Positions 1-6,539 of a DNA stretch of 64,000 bases are shown here, one piece after another. Made by a program: the position numbers and the translations under genes. The stretch is taken from the sequence record NC_061440.1; one strand, written 5' to 3'. Position 1 is the first letter of the stretch, and each line of letters starts with the position of its first letter. Under the pieces are notes generated by a model. It did no database searches. It worked only from the letters and a program-made list of their open reading frames with translations, and was not told the DNA's origin.

Positions 1-28
1 AAAAAGGGTAGGCAGATGCCCACCCCTT
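1..28 (-). terminator. Rho-independent terminator after the 541-aa gene
   Basis: Minus strand reads GGGTGGGCA-TC-TGCCTACCC followed by TTTTT. Confidence 0.8.
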
Positions 29-54
29 TATTATGTTACGGCTGTCGTTGTCGC

Positions 55-1680
55 TTAGGCTTCTGGTTCAACGTAGGTGTTGGTACCAGTTACGAATGCG
101 ATTGCAACTTTCTTCGCGGTGGTCAGCTCTACACGCAGGCTGTTCGCGTCGATGAACACAACTTCGTCAGGGATGATCTGGTAGCCAGTATCATCAACAA
201 CGGTGACGGTACCGAACTTGTGGCCAGCGTTGTGGGTGAAGGTGTGTGCAGTAGCTGCAACGTCACCGCTCGCAGTTTTGTCGTACTGATAAACTTTAGC
301 AGCAGAACCGCTAGAGCCAGCAGCGATTGCATCAGTAACGAACTTCTTGCTCACCGCAGAGTTGTCGGTGTAGTCAGCGCTGTCACCAGACAGGGTGATC
401 TGAGTAACTTCACCACCAGCAGCGTCGATGAAACCACCAGCAGTTTTAACAGCAGCAACATCGACAATGATTTTGCTGTTATCAACGTCCTGTTTCAGGC
501 CGGTACCCAGTGCAGCAGCAGCGATCTGGCCGTAGCCAACACCGCCGTCAGCGATTGCGATACCGTCAACAGAGCGAGACAGAGTAGCGCCGTCCAGTTT
601 AACGCGAGTGCTGCCTGCGTTATCTTCCAGACCGCCGTTGGCGTCCAGTTTAGCAGTCACGGCATTGCTGGTGATCTGAATACCAGCGCCGACTTTAACG
701 TTGACAACGTTACCAGCTTTTTCCAGACCGTCACCAGCGTTGAACTCGGAAGCGCCGCCGAATGTAGTCCACTCAGTACCATCGAAACGACGATACTCTT
801 TGATATCTTTAACCCAGGTAACCGCACCACCAGCTTCGCTGTCAGTTGGGTCGAACACGATAACGAACGCAGTGCCGTTATAGCGAACGATCATGTTGTC
901 AGCCAGACCAGTGATAGAACCGAAGTTCGGGTTGATGGTGTCAGCAGACAGGATGATGTACTGCTTACCGTTCTCCAGAACAGGGTCCAGAGTGCCGTCA
1001 GCCTGAATACCGTCAGAGTCTTTCAGCCAGTCGATGCCAGCGATAGCGTTGTCGATATCGATCTTACGAGCAGCGTCGTTCGGGTTAGCAGGAGCGGCCA
1101 GGTTAGCAACGGTATTACCGTTAGCATCCAGGTCGCCAGTCAGTTGGCCGTTAGCCGCATCAACTTTACCCGCCAGCGCAGTTTCGTTCGCGTTAGCTTT
1201 GTTGCTAACAGCAGTGATCTGAGACTGGATGTTAGAGCTTGCGCCAGACAGATAGCCCAGCTCGGCAGCAGTGATGGAGGAGCTTTGCAGTTCAGAGTCG
1301 GCGCCAGCGATAACAACCGCGTTCTCGGTCAGGCCGCTGATTTTGTCTTGCTTGGTAGCAACAACGGTTTCAACGTGTTTCTTAGAAACAGCCGCGTTGT
1401 CAGCAGAAGCAGACTGGTCAGGACCAGACAGTTCGAGGTCAGCAGTCATTGCCACAGAACCGTCAGCCAGGATAGCGCCTTCTACAGAACCACCACCAGT
1501 GCCCAGCTCTTTGATTGCAGTACCGTCGAAGTATTTGTACTTCTTATCGGTGCTGTTGTACCACATGCGGGCTTCTTGTGCCGCGACCAGATCACCAACT
1601 ACAGGGTCGGCTGCAAGAACTTCTGGGCGGAAGTTCTTAATAGAAGCGCCGAGCATTAAATCAAGATTACCAGTACGCAT
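55..1680 (-). CDS. Virion structural / fibre-associated protein (541 aa)
   Basis: AGGAG SD upstream. Gly/Ala/Asp-rich beta-repeats (GAGIQ, GDGLEK). C-terminal HTFTHNAGHK..VTVVDDTG..DANSLRVE module is shared with the 275-aa protein. Confidence 0.75.
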   Translation of the reverse strand: MRTGNLDLMLGASIKNFRPEVLAADPVVGDLVAAQEARMWYNSTDKKYKYFDGTAIKELGTGGGSVEGAILADGSVAMTADLELSGPDQSASADNAAVSKKHVETVVATKQDKISGLTENAVVIAGADSELQSSSITAAELGYLSGASSNIQSQITAVSNKANANETALAGKVDAANGQLTGDLDANGNTVANLAAPANPNDAARKIDIDNAIAGIDWLKDSDGIQADGTLDPVLENGKQYIILSADTINPNFGSITGLADNMIVRYNGTAFVIVFDPTDSEAGGAVTWVKDIKEYRRFDGTEWTTFGGASEFNAGDGLEKAGNVVNVKVGAGIQITSNAVTAKLDANGGLEDNAGSTRVKLDGATLSRSVDGIAIADGGVGYGQIAAAALGTGLKQDVDNSKIIVDVAAVKTAGGFIDAAGGEVTQITLSGDSADYTDNSAVSKKFVTDAIAAGSSGSAAKVYQYDKTASGDVAATAHTFTHNAGHKFGTVTVVDDTGYQIIPDEVVFIDANSLRVELTTAKKVAIAFVTGTNTYVEPEA

Positions 1681-1703
1681 TGTAAATCTCCTGTTGCGTG
1701 GGA

Positions 1704-2447
1704 TTAGAAGAACTGACTGTCACAACCATCAAGGCTACAGCGTAACGCTTGATATGCAGTGGCACGTTCTTCCGTTAGATTGATATACTTATCGTCAATA
1801 TTGTACTTCACTCTAACAGGCACGTCGTACCCATCGAGCAGGCCGTGTCGCTTATAAGCATTCAGGCGTAGCACAGGTGAACTGACCTTAGCATGTTCCA
1901 TGATGTTCAGGTCAATCTTGTCGGCGTAAATGAATGGACGCTCTCGCTTACACATGATGTAATCAATCTCATGCAAATTAAAGAGTGTGAAATTCATATA
2001 GCCAATAATGAACTCCGCAATCAGCCTGAATGAATCAAACATATCAGGCCTAAATTGTTGTGTGAGAATATGATCAACGTACGGTCTGATCTCGGTACGC
2101 ATCTCATACCAACTCTCACAGAACAATGCAGGGAAGTCTTCAGGGTGATGGGCCATAAGGCCCAACACTTCTTTCTCTGTATCTGCAAAGGAACTTAAAA
2201 TGTCTGAGGCATCGTCAGACGCCTCGACACCACGACCGGTCGAAATAAAACGACGCTCAATGTCTCTCAACCAAGATTCCGAAGCAGATAGGTATTGGAG
2301 CAGTGTTTCTCTCGCGGCAGCCGAGAACTCATGCCTGTCGGAGTCAAGAACCTCACCGAGCATGAAGGCTTTCGCTTTGTAGAAATCAATATAGCGCTCG
2401 GCGGTAAATCGTCGAAACCCTATGTTATTCCTCAAATAGCCCATCAT
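1704..2447 (-). CDS. Hypothetical cytoplasmic, mostly helical protein (247 aa)
   Basis: Long ORF coupled to the upstream gene by an ATGA overlap at 2444-2447. No recognised motif. Confidence 0.75.
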   Translation of the reverse strand: MMGYLRNNIGFRRFTAERYIDFYKAKAFMLGEVLDSDRHEFSAAARETLLQYLSASESWLRDIERRFISTGRGVEASDDASDILSSFADTEKEVLGLMAHHPEDFPALFCESWYEMRTEIRPYVDHILTQQFRPDMFDSFRLIAEFIIGYMNFTLFNLHEIDYIMCKRERPFIYADKIDLNIMEHAKVSSPVLRLNAYKRHGLLDGYDVPVRVKYNIDDKYINLTEERATAYQALRCSLDGCDSQFF

Positions 2448-2959
2448 CGCAATGCCCTCAGATCATTCAACTCCGTGTTGCCTTGAGCGTTTGGAGTTGT
2501 GTAGAGAGAACTGGAGATGCTCTGCAATCTCAGCCCGAGCTTCTCAAGTTCTTGCTGGTTGCCACCTAACTTCTCAAGGACTTCACGCATAAGTTCAACG
2601 GAGCCTTGATGGTCACGGGATTGCTGGGAAATGATTCGTTCGAAGCGCTGCATAGCACGGAGAACAGAGTTCAATCCCTCTTTCATATCCAAATTATCGA
2701 CTGGCGCAGAATCAGAAATTGACTGAATCATTCGCATCATCTGCGCCAAGTCGGCTTGCAATTCATCGCTATCTGTATTGATAGGACGACCTGCTTCTAG
2801 CTCTGCGTTACGCGCTTTCAATTGCTCCAGTTCTTCAAGCTGAGGCAGTAGCTTCAACCAAACGTATGCACCACCTGCGATTAGCAGAACTACAGAGAAG
2901 ACAGTCGCGTAGTTGGACGCAAGCAACTTGTCTAAAATTTCCGCCCACATTATATTCAA
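2444..2959 (-). CDS. Bitopic membrane protein with coiled-coil tail (171 aa), holin-like candidate
   Basis: Single hydrophobic segment YATVFSVVLLIAGGAYVWL followed by heptad-rich LEELEQLKARN...LEKLGLRLQ. Coupled to both neighbours by 4-nt overlaps. Confidence 0.7.
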   Translation of the reverse strand: MNIMWAEILDKLLASNYATVFSVVLLIAGGAYVWLKLLPQLEELEQLKARNAELEAGRPINTDSDELQADLAQMMRMIQSISDSAPVDNLDMKEGLNSVLRAMQRFERIISQQSRDHQGSVELMREVLEKLGGNQQELEKLGLRLQSISSSLYTTPNAQGNTELNDLRALR

Positions 2960-3240
2960 CCCTTACAGGTGTTATCGTTCAGATCAACAATGACCCTCTC
3001 GGCACCTGGTTCGTTTACGTCAGTGGTTTTGTACGTGTGCGCCATCCTAGGCTTGAACTCTAAGCAGCTCTGACCGTAACGTCCATCGACAACACAGATG
3101 GCGGACAGGCAACTCACATCTTCCTTGAGAATTAAATTTTCAGGAGACTGGTTGACACTCCTAACGGCAGTGATTACAAACCCAACCACAGCGATAGCAA
3201 TGACAACCACAATGGCAATCCTAATTCGCTTGGCTTGCAT
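2956..3240 (-). CDS. Small membrane-anchored protein with 4-Cys extracytoplasmic domain (94 aa)
   Basis: KRIR, then IAIVVVIAIAVVGFVITAV (positive-inside N-terminus), then a domain with 4 Cys. GAGG SD upstream. Confidence 0.75.
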   Translation of the reverse strand: MQAKRIRIAIVVVIAIAVVGFVITAVRSVNQSPENLILKEDVSCLSAICVVDGRYGQSCLEFKPRMAHTYKTTDVNEPGAERVIVDLNDNTCKG

Positions 3241-3275
3241 TTTTGGTTCTACCTCACAGTCCTTTTATCTGACTG

Positions 3276-3283
3276 AAATTAGC
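3276..3283 (-). promoter_or_regulatory. GCTAATTT motif (candidate late promoter)
   Basis: Intergenic, 36 nt upstream of the 3240 start. Same octamer recurs upstream of several other genes. Confidence 0.55.
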
Positions 3284-3305
3284 GAACCACACGCCCTGCG
3301 AGGAT

Positions 3306-4334
3306 TTATTCCTCCAATACGCCACTAATCTCCGCAAACATATTTTTGTACACTAAACTCCCACCAAGTTTGTCCAATCTGTCCACCAGCACATATAGCT
3401 TCGGTGTCGTGCGCATGTTAGCCCACGTCTTCTCGTTCGGGTCGAGTCCGCCTACAGTAGGCACAATCACCAGACTGAGGTTTTTATTGGCTCGAACGAA
3501 ACCGATATCCAGATGCGTCCTGTTTATAGTCCTGATAAGCCTATTGATTGCGTCCAAACCAACAGGCTTGTTGAATTCCGTATCATTGACAGTGTTGACC
3601 AAACTAATGAGAATTCCTTTGTCTTTCGTGTCGATATCAAACAGGTCTGCTTTCAGATCTGCCACAGTCGATGCCGAGAAGTATGACACGTCGTGGTTAA
3701 GATCTTTCAGGCAGGAACCTAAGGCACGCGCCGATTCGATGTGAGCCACGTTGTCATCCCGAAGAATATACACAGGCGCATCTGGCTGGTGGGTGCGTTT
3801 CGATATCAAATCAATAAGCTCGCAAGAGGGTCGACCAACAGTAGCCAGCCCCTTGTTAGCAATATAGAATTTGTCACGATACACGTCATATATGTTAGGA
3901 GGCATATACTTCATGTAGTCATCGTCCAGACTAAGAATCATTCGGGGCTTAGTTAATTGAACGACCAACTGCATACTACGGAGCGAAGCCTTGTACTCTG
4001 TATCGGAAAGCACACGGCTAATCGGCAGATACTGCACAACCACAAAGCGTTCGTCGATTGAGTCAACGACAGACCGTATGAGTGTGCTGCCTAATGTAGG
4101 TCCAGCAGAGAACTGGGTAACGATCATCAAACTGCCTGCGACCAAGCTACGTGTCTTAGCTACCGTCTGACCGCTACCCAGCTCGACTACGGAGGACTCC
4201 CACGTTAAGGCTGGATCGTCTCGTCCGCTATCGGCATGTACATAAGCTGCGCTACACCAGAGACAGGCTCCAAGAATGTAAGCAGCAATACGTTGTCCGG
4301 ATCGGCCTCTGCTGGATTGACCGTTTCGGGCCAT
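3306..4334 (-). CDS. Secreted periplasmic-binding-protein-like (ABC_sub_bind / sensor-kinase input-type) domain protein (342 aa)
   Basis: AGGAG SD upstream of ATG 4334. Arg-rich n-region, h-region IAAYILGACLWCSAA and YVHA|D cleavage site. LMIVTQFS...VVVQYLPISR...KPRMILSLDDDYMKY resembles the VLILHSY...EYLD.KR...KPDLII..DD.A pattern of PBP-type input domains of histidine kinases and diguanylate cyclases. Confidence 0.6.
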   Translation of the reverse strand: MARNGQSSRGRSGQRIAAYILGACLWCSAAYVHADSGRDDPALTWESSVVELGSGQTVAKTRSLVAGSLMIVTQFSAGPTLGSTLIRSVVDSIDERFVVVQYLPISRVLSDTEYKASLRSMQLVVQLTKPRMILSLDDDYMKYMPPNIYDVYRDKFYIANKGLATVGRPSCELIDLISKRTHQPDAPVYILRDDNVAHIESARALGSCLKDLNHDVSYFSASTVADLKADLFDIDTKDKGILISLVNTVNDTEFNKPVGLDAINRLIRTINRTHLDIGFVRANKNLSLVIVPTVGGLDPNEKTWANMRTTPKLYVLVDRLDKLGGSLVYKNMFAEISGVLEE

Positions 4335-5032
4335 AGCACTTCTCCTCTCTCGTCAGTGACGTAAGGAATGCCGGCGCCTTTACCCAATCCGTGTCGTAAA
4401 GCCCAAACAGTGTCGGCATTCTCCTGCACGAACACTAACCCTTTGACTTGCACATCGGACGTTGCATTCTCCAGTACCTCAACACGCTTCTCAAGAAGCT
4501 CGGCATCGGATTGCAGCACACGAATAGCAGACAGGTTAGAGTTAACGCGCTGGTTCATGTTGTTGAACATGGTGAAGAACGAGTTGTTCATCGCCGTGCG
4601 AACGCCGTCCGTATAGGACTTTGGAATTAGTTCATCGTTGTCAAACGTTGTTACGCCTGTACGCGCGAGAACTTTACCGGTAAGACGTCCACCACTTGCG
4701 CTGATAATCTGAGGAGCAGGCAAATCAGCCTCATCCCAGATTTGAACAGTGGTCATCACCGTATTGTAGTCGGTCTCTTCCTGCCACGTATTCTTATACG
4801 GTGCAGTAGCCGTTTTGGACTTACGACGCATGACTTTCTTATAGCCAGCGTTCGATCCATCGGCGATGATCCAGAGACCGTTCAGTGGAAATACGTGAGT
4901 AATAGGTTCGGCGAACGAAAGAATAATCGTAACGTCGGCGCCTACCTTGTACGCAATATCGTTCGACGCAGAAAGCCCTTGCTGTTGAGCAAGAGCAATC
5001 AGCGTGTCCACGTAGTTAGTCAACTGGCTCAT
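4205..5032 (-). CDS. Virion structural protein (275 aa)
   Basis: SD upstream. Coiled coil followed by a C-terminal W.LRHGLG...VTDERG...LLLTFLEPVSG.A module paralogous to the C-terminus of the 541-aa protein. Confidence 0.75.
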   Translation of the reverse strand: MSQLTNYVDTLIALAQQQGLSASNDIAYKVGADVTIILSFAEPITHVFPLNGLWIIADGSNAGYKKVMRRKSKTATAPYKNTWQEETDYNTVMTTVQIWDEADLPAPQIISASGGRLTGKVLARTGVTTFDNDELIPKSYTDGVRTAMNNSFFTMFNNMNQRVNSNLSAIRVLQSDAELLEKRVEVLENATSDVQVKGLVFVQENADTVWALRHGLGKGAGIPYVTDERGEVLWPETVNPAEADPDNVLLLTFLEPVSGVAQLMYMPIADETIQP

Positions 5033-5492
5033 CCGAAACTCCTAACGATTTTAAAATTGAAGAACTTGTATCGGAGAAGGCCTTAGCTATTGCTTTAGCG
5101 GCAACCTTATCGACAACGAGAGTGCTGATTCGGCCTTTGGTGTTGCATACAACTGTTTGCGGTGCATACTGTGCAAGCGCCAAAGCGAATAGCAGATGGT
5201 TGCCTAGATCACCAGAGATAGAAACCTCCACGTCAAGTTCAGGCACGTAGATGTTCTGGTTGATTTCGGCAACAAACTGCGCCAGCGCAACGGGGTCGAA
5301 CTCGGGAAGCGCTGTATCATAGTCCTCAACAAGATCAATCTGTCCTGTTTCCGGATAGTAACGAAATGCAGCAGGGTCCGAGATGATGCGACCGAATAGA
5401 TCGTCGCTCACCTCGATGCAATACTCATCCGTCTTTTCACGCACACGACCAACAATGCTGTTGTTCGCTGGGTTGATTCTGATAATAGGCAT
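5016..5492 (-). CDS. Hypothetical protein, possible tail-fibre assembly chaperone (158 aa)
   Basis: GGGAG SD. Directly follows a fibre gene, the usual chaperone position. Confidence 0.6.
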   Translation of the reverse strand: MPIIRINPANNSIVGRVREKTDEYCIEVSDDLFGRIISDPAAFRYYPETGQIDLVEDYDTALPEFDPVALAQFVAEINQNIYVPELDVEVSISGDLGNHLLFALALAQYAPQTVVCNTKGRISTLVVDKVAAKAIAKAFSDTSSSILKSLGVSDEPVD

Positions 5493-5494
5493 AG

Positions 5495-6316
5495 TTAATC
5501 TCCCTTAGCCTCGAACCAGAAGTCCCAGCCTACAGTATTGGTGCCGCTGGACTTAATGGTAAAGCCACCTAACAAGGCGTTCTCGTTCACTGCACTAGTA
5601 CCATCAAGGTTGTAGAGCGTAAACGTCTTAGCCTGGTTCGTTGCCGCATTCAAGAACGTAATCTGAATGCTTAGGCAGCGGTTGATGAATGGGCTGTTGA
5701 AGATAACGTGAATGGTGTCAGTAGTTGATTTGTTCACGATGCGACCCATGTTCTGGGTAAAGCCCGTGTTCATATCGCGGTTGCTACCAATCCATGCGTT
5801 TGGAATCACAGCACCTGTTACAGGGTCAAGTGCTTGCGCTGTTCGATACTCGTCGATAGCAGCATCACGCCCCGGGTTACCAGTAGGACCCGTCGCACCA
5901 GTAGGGCCGACTGCGCCCGTGTTACCAGTAGCGCCGACAGGGCCCGTGTTACCAGTAGGACCGTTACGGCCTCTTGGGCCACGAGGGCCAGGACAACCGT
6001 CTTCACCATCACGTCCGTCACGACCATCAGCACCAGGAAGACCGCGTAAGCCGTCTTTACCCTGCTTGCCTTCACGTCCTGACTTGAGCTGGTCGGCAGT
6101 AGGCAAACCAATAACGTTCGTCTGACTGCCGTCCGGCCAAATGAGTGTTAACGTACCTGTTGTCGTATCGAACTGAGCACCCTGAGCACCTGGAATCTTC
6201 GCAGCTTCTTGCGGACTGATAAACGCGACCGCAGTAGAAGTCTTCTTACCTAGCACTTTACCGACGGGGTCGGTGCCACCGTCGATGAGTGAAGGATTAA
6301 TGCGTGTTAAAGACAT
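5495..6316 (-). CDS. Collagen-like fibre protein with C-terminal gp53-like/lectin-like domain (273 aa)
   Basis: Continuous Gly-X-Y triplets (GREGKQG...GPTGNPG). C-terminal F.SPF...C....GGFTI...WFEAKG tail-fibre end module. Confidence 0.85.
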   Translation of the reverse strand: MSLTRINPSLIDGGTDPVGKVLGKKTSTAVAFISPQEAAKIPGAQGAQFDTTTGTLTLIWPDGSQTNVIGLPTADQLKSGREGKQGKDGLRGLPGADGRDGRDGEDGCPGPRGPRGRNGPTGNTGPVGATGNTGAVGPTGATGPTGNPGRDAAIDEYRTAQALDPVTGAVIPNAWIGSNRDMNTGFTQNMGRIVNKSTTDTIHVIFNSPFINRCLSIQITFLNAATNQAKTFTLYNLDGTSAVNENALLGGFTIKSSGTNTVGWDFWFEAKGD

Positions 6317-6326
6317 GGGTGAACTC

Positions 6327-6530
6327 CTAACCAGTCAGTGTTGTCCAATCAGGTTGGCCCGATTGCCCGGCTTCTGGGTTTTTGACTTTCGTGTTATTGA
6401 TCGTCATACGAACCCAACGGACAGTACCGTCCGCATCTTGCCACCGAACCTTCGTGCCACCGTATGCTAAATTAGCTACCCATCTGTCTCTGCTTGGGTC
6501 TTTGAATGCTAAACGTGCATATGCAGGCAT
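6327..6530 (-). CDS. Small Trp-rich fibre-associated protein (67 aa)
   Basis: GGAG SD. Resembles the N-terminal ~55 aa of the 672-aa protein. Confidence 0.7.
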   Translation of the reverse strand: MPAYARLAFKDPSRDRWVANLAYGGTKVRWQDADGTVRWVRMTINNTKVKNPEAGQSGQPDWTTLTG

Positions 6531-6539
6531 AAGTTCTCC

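Noticed and set aside
16-1659. 547-aa plus-strand ORF and the many other long plus-strand ORFs (e.g. 17594-18256, 44546-45277, 45622-46287, 62999-63808)
   Set aside because: They are antisense shadows of strongly codon-biased minus-strand genes. They have no SD or recognisable domain and have Val/Ser/Arg-rich shadow composition.
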